DNA of 63,257 nucleotides, filler included, from an uncultured bacterium (GTDB taxonomy: Bacteria > CAYJRR01): assembly GCA_964372275.1 (NCBI GenBank). It is 6 parts of 6 records of this genome, joined end to end, with 100 filler letters (N's around TTAATTAATTAA, not from the genome) between each part and the next. Parts side by side here need not be neighbours in the genome. Positions count along the whole stretch, not along the records: positions 1 to 11,068 come from CAYJRR010000145.1; 5 more parts are not named here. One strand, 5' to 3'. Position numbers and translations under genes: made by a program. Of this stretch, positions 1 to 8,906 are shown piece after piece. The notes under the pieces are model-generated. The model was not told the DNA's origin. It saw nothing but the letters and a program-made list of their open reading frames with translations, and ran no database searches. Every line of letters begins with the position of its first letter. Positions within the stretch are counted from its first letter, which is position 1.

Positions 1-696
1 CTTGCGCGGCGGGCGCATCACCTCGTAGAGCACGCCGTCGATGCGGTAGCGGACCCGCATCACCTTCTCGTAGCACTCGATGTGGATGTCGGAGACCCCC
101 TTCTTGATCGCCTCGACCAGAAGGAGGTTGACCAGCTTGATGACCGGCGCATCGCCGGCCGACTTCTCGAGATCGACGATGTTGACGTCGTCGACCGACT
201 CGATCAGGTCGACCTCTTCGTTGAACTCCTGGATCAGGTCCTCGGCGGACGGTCCCTGGTTGTAGTAGCGCTCGATCGCGGCGGCGATCGCCTGCTCGCT
301 GGCGACGACCGTCTCGATGTTGTAGCTGGTGAGGAACTTCAGGTCGTCGATGGCGAAGATGTTCGACGGATCGGCCATCGCCACGATCAGGGTGGAGCCG
401 GCGCGATTCACCGGAACGACCTGGTGCTTCTCCGCGACCTCCTTGGGGATCAGCTTCAGGACCTCGGGGTCGACGTCGAACTCGGCCAGGTTGATCGAGG
501 GGACGTTGTACTGCTTGGAAAGGAAGTTGGTCAGGTCGCGATCGCTGATCGCCCCCTGCTTGACGAGCTGCGCCCCGAGGCGCCCGCCGCTCTGGCGCTG
601 GGCCTCTTGCGCCTTCAGGAGCTGCTGCGACGAGATCAGCTTCTCGCGAACGAGAAGCTCGCCCAGCCGGCCCGGAGGACCTCCGCCTGCCGCCAT
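1..696 (-). CDS. pilB: Type IV pilus assembly ATPase PilB, N-terminal part (runs off window start)
   Basis: Manual translation from ATG 696: MAAGGGPPGRLGELLVREKLISSQQLLKAQ...RLGAQLVKQGAIS (MshEN-type tandem motif)...AMADPSNIFAIDDLKF...DAPVIKLVNLLLVEAIKKGVSDIHIE..RVRYRIDGVL. Absent from the ORF track because it is open-ended. Confidence 0.93.
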   Translation of the reverse strand, partial: MAAGGGPPGRLGELLVREKLISSQQLLKAQEAQRQSGGRLGAQLVKQGAISDRDLTNFLSKQYNVPSINLAEFDVDPEVLKLIPKEVAEKHQVVPVNRAGSTLIVAMADPSNIFAIDDLKFLTSYNIETVVASEQAIAAAIERYYNQGPSAEDLIQEFNEEVDLIESVDDVNIVDLEKSAGDAPVIKLVNLLLVEAIKKGVSDIHIECYEKVMRVRYRIDGVLYEVMRPPRK

Positions 697-927
697 CGCC
701 TCCCCAACGAGCGCCGAAGACCCTGATAATCCAACGGGATCCAGTACTCCGGCGACCTGGGCCCGATTGTCCCACCCCGGCACGATTCTTGGCAAGGTGG
801 GCCGATCACGGCGGACGAATTCAACGCGAAGTGGCTGGGTTCCCGGCCGAATCTCGCGGTGTGCGACCGGGCGCGAATCGTCTTCTTCGTTTCCGGATCG
901 CCTCCTCGTTCCGGGCCCGCAGCCTCG

Positions 928-1782
928 CTAGGAATGGCCGCGCCCGCCCGCCCCATCGATCGCCAGCCGCGCCGCCCCCATCGGAAACGGAACCCCGAGC
1001 CATCGCTCGAAGCTCAAGGCCCCCTGATGCAACAGCATCGACGACCCACCCATCGCGCGCACCCCGCGCCCCGAAGCCCAGCGTTGGGCGGGGGTGCCGG
1101 CCGGCGCGTAGGCGAGGTCGACCAGCCACGCGTCGGCGCGCAGGGAGGCGGGGGCGATCTCGTGCCAAGCCTCGGGCGGTACCGCGCTTACCAGCAGGTC
1201 GGCGGTCGCCGCCTCGACGCGCGCTGCCGCGAGCGTGGTCGTGGCGAGCACGCGGTAGTTGGCGCCGACGGCGGTCGGGAGAACGCGCGGGCGCAGGTCG
1301 TCGACCAGCGACTTCGCGCGATCGGCGCGACGCGCGGCGACCCGCACCTCCGCGGCGCCGTCGGCCGCGAGCGCGAAGGCCGCGGCGCGCGCCGCCCCTC
1401 CCGCTCCGAAGAGGACGACCCGCCGCTCCCGGACGCCGATCCCCGCGTCCGCCAACGCGCGCCGGAACCCCTCGACGTCGGTGTTGTCGCCGACGAGCCG
1501 CCCCTCGGCGTCGCGCCCGAGCCAGTTCACCGCGCCGGTCGCCGCCGCCGGCTCGGTGAGCCGGTCGACGAGCGCCGCCGCCGCCGTCTTGTGCGGGATC
1601 GTGACGTTGGCGCCGGCCAGCTCGCCGCGGCGGACGCGGTCGAGGGCGGCGGGGAGCTGGGCGGCGGGCACGCGAAGGGCGACGTATTCCGCGTCGACTC
1701 CCGCCGCGCGGAGCGCCGCGTTCTGGAAAAGCGGCGACAAGGAGTGCGAGACCGGATCGCCGAAGAGCGCGAAGGTCTTCAT
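928..1782 (-). CDS. aroE: Shikimate dehydrogenase
   Basis: GDPVSHSLSP, GANVTIPHK, GAVN, GDNTDVEG, GAGGAARA, MLLHQG motifs. Confidence 0.95.
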   Translation of the reverse strand: MKTFALFGDPVSHSLSPLFQNAALRAAGVDAEYVALRVPAAQLPAALDRVRRGELAGANVTIPHKTAAAALVDRLTEPAAATGAVNWLGRDAEGRLVGDNTDVEGFRRALADAGIGVRERRVVLFGAGGAARAAAFALAADGAAEVRVAARRADRAKSLVDDLRPRVLPTAVGANYRVLATTTLAAARVEAATADLLVSAVPPEAWHEIAPASLRADAWLVDLAYAPAGTPAQRWASGRGVRAMGGSSMLLHQGALSFERWLGVPFPMGAARLAIDGAGGRGHS

Positions 1783-1807
1783 CGGAACGCCTCGAACCGG
1801 CTCGCCG

Positions 1808-2737
1808 TCACGGCGCTTTCGCCAGGATTTCCCGCGCCCGCTCCACGTCCGCCGCGATCTGGGTCTTCAGCGCTTCGACGTCGGGAAAACGCCGCTCTTC
1901 GCGCAGCTTCGCCAGGAACCGGAGCTCGATCACATGGCCGTAGAGCTCGCCGTGGAAGTCGAGGAGGAACGCCTCGATCGTCAGCGCCTCGCCGCCGAAG
2001 GTCGGTTTGACCCCGACGTTGGTGACGGCCGGCTCGGGGCAGCGGTCGACGATCGCCTGGCAAGCGTAGACGCCGCGCGCCGGCTGCAGGTCCTTGTCGG
2101 GGGCGAGGTTCGCGGTCGGGAAGCCGAGGCCCTGGCCCCGCGCGGCGCCGTGCACCACCGAGCCGCGCAGCGCGAACGGCCGGCCGAGCAGCGCCGCCGC
2201 GAGCTCCATCTCCCCGTCCTGCACCGCCTGCCGCACCCGGGTCGACGACGCCGGCGCGTCCCCGACCACCACCGGCGGGACGACCGTCGTCTCGAAGCCG
2301 GACGCCAGACCCAACCGGCGCAGGTCGGCCGCCTTGCCGGCCCGCCCCCGGCCGAACCCGAAGTTGTTCCCGACGAAGGCGTGGCCGACCCCCAGCCGCT
2401 CCACGAGGACGTTGCGCACGAACGCCTCCGGCGTCTGCGCGGCGAAGTCGATCGTGAACGGCTCGACCACCATGTAGTCGATCCCCAGCGAATCGACGAT
2501 CTCGATCTTCTCCTCGAGCGTCGTGATGCGCGGCGGCGGCGTCCCGTGACGCAGCACCACTGCCGGGTGCGGTTCGTGGGTGTAGAGCACCGACGGCGCG
2601 CCCCGGCGCGCGGCGTCCTCCTTCATCCGCGCCAGCAACGCGCGGTGTCCGACGTGGACGCCGTCGAAGTTCCCCAGCGCCACCGAGGGGCGCCGTTCGC
2701 GCGCATCGAATCCACCCGATCCGTGGAGCAGCTTCAT
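1808..2737 (-). CDS. ribF: Bifunctional riboflavin kinase/FAD synthetase
   Basis: GNFDGVHVGH, SSTRVR, GFPTAN, NVGVKPTF, LREERRF motifs. Confidence 0.96.
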   Translation of the reverse strand: MKLLHGSGGFDARERRPSVALGNFDGVHVGHRALLARMKEDAARRGAPSVLYTHEPHPAVVLRHGTPPPRITTLEEKIEIVDSLGIDYMVVEPFTIDFAAQTPEAFVRNVLVERLGVGHAFVGNNFGFGRGRAGKAADLRRLGLASGFETTVVPPVVVGDAPASSTRVRQAVQDGEMELAAALLGRPFALRGSVVHGAARGQGLGFPTANLAPDKDLQPARGVYACQAIVDRCPEPAVTNVGVKPTFGGEALTIEAFLLDFHGELYGHVIELRFLAKLREERRFPDVEALKTQIAADVERAREILAKAP

Positions 2738-3333
2738 CGAGGGGGCCCGTCCTCCCGCCGGCCCTTCACGCAGCGGAAGACGTACGCGGGCGGGATGTTC
2801 ATCAGCACCGGGATCTGCTCCACCGTCCCGAACAGCTCCTTCAGCCGCCGGCGAAAGGCGTAGGTCGTGGGGACGGCGTAGGAGTGGTAGTAGGTGAACG
2901 AGAGGAACTGCCCGCCGTCGCGCAGCGCCGCCAGCGCGCTGCCCAGGATCCGGTCGCGCAGGTCGGCGGGGAAGTTGGCGAACGGCAACCCGGAGACGAC
3001 GGCGTCGACCGACGCGATCCCGCGCGCCTCGAGGTGCGCGCGGAGGTTCTCGGCGCTGTCGCGCACCAGGTCGACCTGCGGGAGCGTCCGCTCGACGACG
3101 TCCGCCATCGCGGGGTTGATCTCGACCGCGATCACCCGCCCACCGCGCGGCATCCGCTTCGCCAGCTCGCCGGTGAAGACGCCGGTGCCCGGTCCGAACT
3201 CGACCACCACCTTGGCCGAGGCGAAGTCGATCGGCGCGGTGATGGCGCGGCTCAATGCCTCTCCGCTGGGGAGGATCGCGCCGACCTGGCCGGGGTTCCG
3301 GAGGAACGTCCGGAAGAAGTGGAGCTTCGCCAA
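2734..3333 (-). CDS. SAM-dependent phospholipid N-methyltransferase (PmtA-like)
   Basis: F.RNP.QVGAILPS, VVEFGPGTG, VVSGLPF, NIPPAYV pattern; TTG start. Confidence 0.8.
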   Translation of the reverse strand: MAKLHFFRTFLRNPGQVGAILPSGEALSRAITAPIDFASAKVVVEFGPGTGVFTGELAKRMPRGGRVIAVEINPAMADVVERTLPQVDLVRDSAENLRAHLEARGIASVDAVVSGLPFANFPADLRDRILGSALAALRDGGQFLSFTYYHSYAVPTTYAFRRRLKELFGTVEQIPVLMNIPPAYVFRCVKGRREDGPPR

Positions 3334-3391
3334 AGGCGGTCGATTCTGGAGCCCCGATCGGCCCCTGGCAAGCTACACTACGCGCACGTCC

Positions 3392-3847
3392 ATGCCCTCC
3401 CTGCTCGCGCTACTCGTCGCCCCCGTGATGCTCCTCTCGGCCGGCAGCTCCGAGGAGGCGGTCGACGTCCCGGCGACTCCCGAGATCTGGAAGGTCTCGC
3501 TCACCGACAGCACCCTGACCGGCACCGAGCTCAACGAGTTCTCCTGGGAAGGGTTCAACCACATCCAGGGGACGCTCGGGGCCGGCAAGGTGTCGATCCG
3601 CTTCTCCGACATCAAGCAGATCGACCTCGAATCGGTGGAGCGGAACAAGGCGGTCGCGCTGGTCCACCTGCGGGACGGCTCGGTGAAGAAGATCGGCGTC
3701 GACGGCCGCGTGATGCTCTACGGCAAGACCGGTTTCGGCAACTACCAGATCCCGGTGAAGGACGTGCGAAGCATCGTCTTCGGCAGCGGCCCCGTGCTCC
3801 GTCCCGCATCCGCCCCCGGCGGCGCCCCGCCCGCGGGCAAGCCATGA
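3392..3847 (+). CDS. Hypothetical exported protein (151 aa, beta-rich)
   Basis: ATG 3392 in the 2894 ORF frame; hydrophobic signal-like N-terminus; GC3-rich codons; stop overlaps the next ATG (ATGA). Confidence 0.75.
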   Translation: MPSLLALLVAPVMLLSAGSSEEAVDVPATPEIWKVSLTDSTLTGTELNEFSWEGFNHIQGTLGAGKVSIRFSDIKQIDLESVERNKAVALVHLRDGSVKKIGVDGRVMLYGKTGFGNYQIPVKDVRSIVFGSGPVLRPASAPGGAPPAGKP

Positions 3848-4935
3848 TCGCCCGCCCGGACCGGACCGGGACGCGCCGGTTCGCGCCCGGGGCGGTACTG
3901 TTCGCGGCCTCGCTCGCCGGCTGCGGCGAGCCGATCCAGGTCGACGCCGCGACCGTCGCCCGCGGCACGATCGAGGAGCGCGTCTCCTCCGCCGTCTCCG
4001 GCGACGTCGAGCCTCGCGCCCGCGCGGTGCTCCGCGCCGAGTCGGTCGGGCGCGTGACCAAGGTATCGGTCGAGGCGGGCCAGGTGGTCGACGCCGGGCA
4101 GGAGTTGCTGCGCCTCGACGACCGCGCGCTTGCCGCCGCGGCCGCCGCCGCCCGCGTGCAGCGGGACAACGCCGAGCGGGAGCTCCAGACCGCGGAGGCG
4201 CTGGCGAAGAAGGGGGCGATCACCGACCAGGCGCTGCGACAGGCGTCGGCGGCGCGCGACGTGGCGAGGGCCAACCTCGACGTCGCCACCGCCAACCTCG
4301 AGCGTACCCGGGTGCGGGCGCCGTTCGGAGGGCTCGTCTCCCGGCTCCCGGTGCAGGAGGGGGACTCGGTCGTCATCGGCCAGTCGATCGGCGAGCTCGT
4401 CGATCACGGTCTGTTCTTCGTCCGCGCCGCGTTCGACGAGGTCGACGCGGTACGGATCGAGCCCGGGCACGAAGCGGTGGTCCGGCTCGACGCCTATCCG
4501 GACCTCGCCGTGCCCGGTCGCGTCGACCGCGTCGACCCGGTGGTCGGGGGCGACACGTTGGCGGCGGAGGCGCCGGCACTGGCGCTCGCCGCGCGGAGGG
4601 ACCGCACCGTCGGCGTCCGCGTCGCGCTCGCCGCGAAGGCCCCCGGCGAGGCGAAGATCCTGGTCGGCATGAGCGCCGACGTCGAAGTGGTCCTCCGGCG
4701 GCACGAGGGCGTGCTCCGGGTGCCGAGCGCCGCCGTCTTCCACGAGAAGGGGAAGCAGTTCGCCTACCTCCTGAAGGGCGGGCGCCTCAAGCGGCGAGAG
4801 GTGACGACCGGCGTCTCCAACTGGGAGTTCTTCGAGGTGCTCGAGGGTTTGAAGGAGGGCGATCGGGTCCTCGCCAGCCTCGAGACCGACGGGATCGGCG
4901 CGGGCGTGCGCGCCGTGCCACGTCCCACACGCTGA
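3844..4935 (+). CDS. Efflux periplasmic adaptor subunit (MacA/HlyD family), probable lipoprotein
   Basis: Lipobox LAGC; G.V.KV.VEAGQVV.AGQ.L lipoyl half; coiled coil; RAPFGG.V; GMSADVEV; VLRVPSAAV. Confidence 0.9.
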   Translation: MIARPDRTGTRRFAPGAVLFAASLAGCGEPIQVDAATVARGTIEERVSSAVSGDVEPRARAVLRAESVGRVTKVSVEAGQVVDAGQELLRLDDRALAAAAAAARVQRDNAERELQTAEALAKKGAITDQALRQASAARDVARANLDVATANLERTRVRAPFGGLVSRLPVQEGDSVVIGQSIGELVDHGLFFVRAAFDEVDAVRIEPGHEAVVRLDAYPDLAVPGRVDRVDPVVGGDTLAAEAPALALAARRDRTVGVRVALAAKAPGEAKILVGMSADVEVVLRRHEGVLRVPSAAVFHEKGKQFAYLLKGGRLKRREVTTGVSNWEFFEVLEGLKEGDRVLASLETDGIGAGVRAVPRPTR

Positions 4936-4947
4936 TCGGGAGCCTTC

Positions 4948-6990
4948 GTGTTCGACCGGATCGACACCGCGTTCCAACATCCGTCCGGGCCGATCTACTT
5001 CCTCCGCGGTGACCGCTGTCTCAAGTTCGAGCCGGGTCACGGCGTCGTCCCGCGCGCCGGAGGGGTCGAGCGCGCGCTCCGCGACGAATGGCCCGGGCTC
5101 CCCGCGCCGTTCGACCGCGGGGTCGACGCCGCCCTGCACTACCCGAAGACGAAGTCGATCTATCTGTTCCGCGGCGGACGCTACGTCCGGGGGACGCTCT
5201 CACTCCTCGCGCCGGCGGCGCCTCCGACCTGGAGCGACGTGCGGCGGATCGGCGTCGACGGGTGGAAGACGCTGCCGGTCGCGTTCCGGGCCGACCTCGA
5301 CGCGGCCTTCTTCCACCGCGACAACGGACACGCCTACTTCTTCAAGGGGGGCGACTACGTGAAGTACCACCCCGACGACGGGGTGGTGGCCCCGGGGATC
5401 CGCCGACTCGGCGTCGACGGCTGGGTCGGGCTCCCCGAGCGCTTCCGCGCCGGGCTCGACGGCGTCTTCGACGAGGCCGGGAACGAGCGGACCTACTTCT
5501 TCGCCGGACGGGAGTACCTCCGCTGGAAGTCGGGACAGGGGGTCGAGCCGCGCTACCCGCGCCGCCTGGGCCTGGTGCACGGCCTGAAGATCGTCGACGA
5601 GGGGCTGCCGGGGCTGATCGCCTACCACGGCCGGCCGTCGGACCGCGGCGGATGGCCGGGACTGTCGCGCGTGATCGCCGGACCCCTCGTCGGCGCCGTC
5701 TCCGACCGCGAGGCATCGATCTGGTTGTGGCTCGCCGACGAGGCCTCGTTCGCCTCGTTGCAGGTCGTCTCCCGGCCGGCCGCGACCGTCTCGATCCTCC
5801 CGGCGTCGTTCCCGCCCGACCTCCGCAACGCGCTCGACGAGATCCATCCCCGGAGCGCCCCGCGGACGATCCGGCTGACCGGCCTGTCTCCGGCCACGGC
5901 CTACCAGGCGACGATCTCCCTCGGCGGGGTCGAGCTCGACGCCGTCCGCTACCGCACGCTCCAGGCCCCGTCGTCGACGGGGCGGACGACGTTCGTCTTC
6001 GGCTCCTGCGCGAACATCTCCGAGTTCGCCGACGTCCCGGTGCTCGCGCGGATGAGCCCGCTGGAGGACGCCACCGTCCCCGACTTCGCGCTGATGGCCG
6101 GCGACAACTGTTACTACATGAACGCCGAGGGCTCGACCTCCCGGACCGGAAGGCGGCCACGCGACTGGGAGTCGCTCCCGCGGATGCTCGCGCGCCAGGT
6201 GCAGGCGCGGAACCATCCGCAGTTCGCGGCGCTCTCGCGCTCGATCCCGCACTTCTCGACCTGGGACGACCACGACTTCGCCTACAACAACGCCGAGGGG
6301 GGGGACGCCTCCGACGGGTGGGTGGGACGGGAGGCCGCCGCGCGCGTCTTCCGCGCCCTGTGGCCCAATCCCTATCGCCTGACCGGCGACGGCCAGGCGC
6401 TCCACTACTCGTTCCGGACCGGTCCGGTCGATCTTTTCGTCACCGACGGCCGTTTCGAGCGCAACGTGGTGCGCGGCCGGATCTGGGGGGAGGCGCAGGC
6501 GCGCTGGTTGAGCGAATCGCTGCGCGCGAGCGACGCGCCGGTGAAGATCGTCCTCTCCGCGACCCAGGTCCTGCGCGGACTCGGAAGGCCCGACACCTTC
6601 GCCGACCAGGCGGAGCTGATCGCCCTGCTCGACTCCGGCGCCGTCTCCGGCCGGGTGCTGTTCCTCTCCGGCGATGTCCACTTCGCCGAGCTCCGACGCG
6701 TCCCGGCGGGGGCCGGCCCGGCGACGCGCGTGGAGCTGACCAGCTCGCCGATCGAGCAGGCGAACGAGGGCCTTCCGCCGACCGACGGGAACGGCGCGCA
6801 GGTCTGGGCCGCCAAGCGCGACACGTTCGGCGTCGTCCGGGTGGAGGTCACCGGCTCGTCGGGCGGCCTCCCGCGCGGCGAGATCGCGCTCGAAGCCCGC
6901 GACAGCAAGGGACGGATCCTCACCAGCGCCGTCGGCGGTGCCCGCCCCTGCCGCAGCGTATGGAACCTCGAGACCGGAGCCCTGACCTGA
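4948..6990 (+). CDS. Hemopexin-repeat / PhoD-like alkaline phosphatase fusion
   Basis: Four hemopexin blades (IDTAF..IYFLRG, VDAAL..IYLFRG, LDAAF..AYFFKG, LDGVF..TYFFAG) then PhoD motifs GP.VGAV, FVFGSC, GDNCYY, WDDHDF, LSGDVH. Confidence 0.85.
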   Translation: MFDRIDTAFQHPSGPIYFLRGDRCLKFEPGHGVVPRAGGVERALRDEWPGLPAPFDRGVDAALHYPKTKSIYLFRGGRYVRGTLSLLAPAAPPTWSDVRRIGVDGWKTLPVAFRADLDAAFFHRDNGHAYFFKGGDYVKYHPDDGVVAPGIRRLGVDGWVGLPERFRAGLDGVFDEAGNERTYFFAGREYLRWKSGQGVEPRYPRRLGLVHGLKIVDEGLPGLIAYHGRPSDRGGWPGLSRVIAGPLVGAVSDREASIWLWLADEASFASLQVVSRPAATVSILPASFPPDLRNALDEIHPRSAPRTIRLTGLSPATAYQATISLGGVELDAVRYRTLQAPSSTGRTTFVFGSCANISEFADVPVLARMSPLEDATVPDFALMAGDNCYYMNAEGSTSRTGRRPRDWESLPRMLARQVQARNHPQFAALSRSIPHFSTWDDHDFAYNNAEGGDASDGWVGREAAARVFRALWPNPYRLTGDGQALHYSFRTGPVDLFVTDGRFERNVVRGRIWGEAQARWLSESLRASDAPVKIVLSATQVLRGLGRPDTFADQAELIALLDSGAVSGRVLFLSGDVHFAELRRVPAGAGPATRVELTSSPIEQANEGLPPTDGNGAQVWAAKRDTFGVVRVEVTGSSGGLPRGEIALEARDSKGRILTSAVGGARPCRSVWNLETGALT

Positions 6991-6998
6991 CCGCGCCG

Positions 6999-7679
6999 TT
7001 GATCGACCTGCGCGGCGTGGGTCGGCGTTTCGTCGTCGGCCCGACGACGGTCGATGCGCTGAAAGGGGTGACGCTCGCCATCGGTCGCGGGGAGTCGGTG
7101 GCGATCACCGGTCCGTCGGGTTCGGGGAAGTCGACGATGATGAACCTGCTCGGTCTGCTCGACCGCCCCTCCACCGGGCGGTACATCCTCGAAGGGGAGG
7201 AGGTCGGCTCCTTGACCGAAGTGGAGCTGGCGGCGATCCGCAACCGGCGCATCGGCTTCGTCTTCCAGACCTTCAACCTGCTCCCGCGGATGAACGCGCG
7301 CGCCAACGTCGAGCTGCCGCTGGTCTACGCCGGTGTCCGTCCGGCGGAGCGCCGGGAGCGGGCCGAGAAGGCGCTGGCGGTGGTGGAGCTCGCCGACCGG
7401 ATGTTGCACGCGCCCAACGAGCTGTCCGGGGGACAGCGGCAGCGGGTGGCGATCGCGCGGGCGCTGGTGCAGGAGCCGGCGATCCTCCTGGCCGACGAGC
7501 CGACCGGCAACCTCGACACCAAGGTGGGGATGGAGATCTGCCGTCTCTTCCGCCACCTGAACGAGGAGCGCGGCGTCACCGTCGTCACCGTGACCCACGA
7601 CCCCGAGGTCGCCGGCCAGAGCCGGCGCGTGCTGCGGATGGTCGACGGCGAAATCGTTTCCGACGAGGCGTTGCGATGA
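6999..7679 (+). CDS. ABC transporter ATP-binding protein (MacB/LolD type)
   Basis: GPSGSGKST, IGFVFQTFNLL, LSGGQRQRVAIARAL, LADEPTGNLD, VTHD; start TTG 6999 (or CTG 6987). Confidence 0.93.
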   Translation: MIDLRGVGRRFVVGPTTVDALKGVTLAIGRGESVAITGPSGSGKSTMMNLLGLLDRPSTGRYILEGEEVGSLTEVELAAIRNRRIGFVFQTFNLLPRMNARANVELPLVYAGVRPAERRERAEKALAVVELADRMLHAPNELSGGQRQRVAIARALVQEPAILLADEPTGNLDTKVGMEICRLFRHLNEERGVTVVTVTHDPEVAGQSRRVLRMVDGEIVSDEALR

Positions 7680-8887
7680 TCGTCTCCACCGCCGACACGC
7701 TGCGGATCGCCGTCGACGCGTTGCGCGCCAACCGGGTGCGCGCGGCGCTGACGATGCTCGGGGTGGTGATCGGCGTTGCCTCGGTGATCCTGCTCACCTC
7801 GATCGGCGAAGGGGGCCGCGAGTACGTCAAGGAGCAGTTCGCCGGGATGGGAACCAACCTGGTGATCGTCACCCCGGGGAAGAGCGAGACGTTCGGCGGC
7901 CGCCCGCAGATCGGGCTGTCGACCGTCCACCGCCTCACCTTCGAGGACACGCAGGCGCTCAAGGTCCAGTCGCGATCGACCAAGGGGGTGACCGGAGTCG
8001 TGATCGGGACCGGGACGGTCAAACACTACAACCGCACGCGCGGCACGATGGTGCTCGGCGTCTCGGAGAACTTCCAGGAGGTGCGGGGACTGCGGGTCAA
8101 CGTCGGCTCCTTCTTCACCGCCGACGACGTCGCCGCGCGGCGGCGGGTGGCGGTCGTTGGCCGAACCGTGCTGCGCGAGATCTTCGACAACAAGAACCCC
8201 CTCGGGAGACGGATCGACATCGACGGGACCAAGTTCCGGGTGATCGGGATCATGGAGCCGAAGGGGCGGTCCCTGGGCTTCGACATCGACGACCTGGTCT
8301 TCGTCCCGCTGAAGAGCGGCATGGAACTGTTCAATCAGGAGGGCCTCACCGAGATCATCGTGCAGGCCCGATCGGCCGAGGAGGTGCGCTCCGCGATCGA
8401 CCAGACGCGCGAGATCCTCACGCGCCGGCACGGCGGCGAGGACTTCACCATCGTCTCCCAGGGACAGATCCTCGAGACGCTCAACGCCGTCGCCACCGCG
8501 ATGACCACCATGATGGCCTGCATCGCCTCGATCTCGCTGCTCGTCGGGGGGATCGGGATCATGAACATCATGCTCGTCTCGGTGCGCGAGCGGACGCGCG
8601 AGATCGGGGTGCGGATGGCGGTCGGCGCCACCCGCCGGGCGATCCGCGATCAGTTCCTGGTGGAGGCCGCCACGCTCTCCGGTTTGGGGGGCCTGGTGGG
8701 GCTGTCCCTCGGCCTCGGAGTGGCCTTCGCGATCCACGGCCTCCTCCCGGCGCTGCCGGTCCAGGTGCCGGCCTGGATTCCGTTCGTGGCGCTCGGCTTC
8801 TCGCTCGCCGTCGGCGTGTTCTTCGGCGTCTGGCCGGCGATCAAGGCCAGCCGCCTCGATCCGATCGAAGCGCTCCGCTACGAGTAG
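7676..8887 (+). CDS. ABC transporter permease (MacB/FtsX family)
   Basis: LTMLGVVIGVASVI, ISLLVGGIGIMNIMLVSVRERTREIGVRMAVGA, ASRLDPIEALRYE. Confidence 0.95.
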   Translation: MIVSTADTLRIAVDALRANRVRAALTMLGVVIGVASVILLTSIGEGGREYVKEQFAGMGTNLVIVTPGKSETFGGRPQIGLSTVHRLTFEDTQALKVQSRSTKGVTGVVIGTGTVKHYNRTRGTMVLGVSENFQEVRGLRVNVGSFFTADDVAARRRVAVVGRTVLREIFDNKNPLGRRIDIDGTKFRVIGIMEPKGRSLGFDIDDLVFVPLKSGMELFNQEGLTEIIVQARSAEEVRSAIDQTREILTRRHGGEDFTIVSQGQILETLNAVATAMTTMMACIASISLLVGGIGIMNIMLVSVRERTREIGVRMAVGATRRAIRDQFLVEAATLSGLGGLVGLSLGLGVAFAIHGLLPALPVQVPAWIPFVALGFSLAVGVFFGVWPAIKASRLDPIEALRYE

Positions 8888-8906
8888 CTGCTATGGTGCC
8901 GGCCTC

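Noticed and set aside
778-795. Sigma54-like GGCACGATTCTTGG upstream of pilB
   Set aside because: It points away from pilB and lacks the -12 GC; the reverse reading lacks the -24 GG.
82-2863. Long plus-strand ORFs opposite pilB/aroE/ribF, and the many similar Arg/Pro-rich ORFs throughout the track
   Set aside because: These are shadow ORFs typical of high-GC DNA; the opposite strand or another frame carries recognisable proteins.
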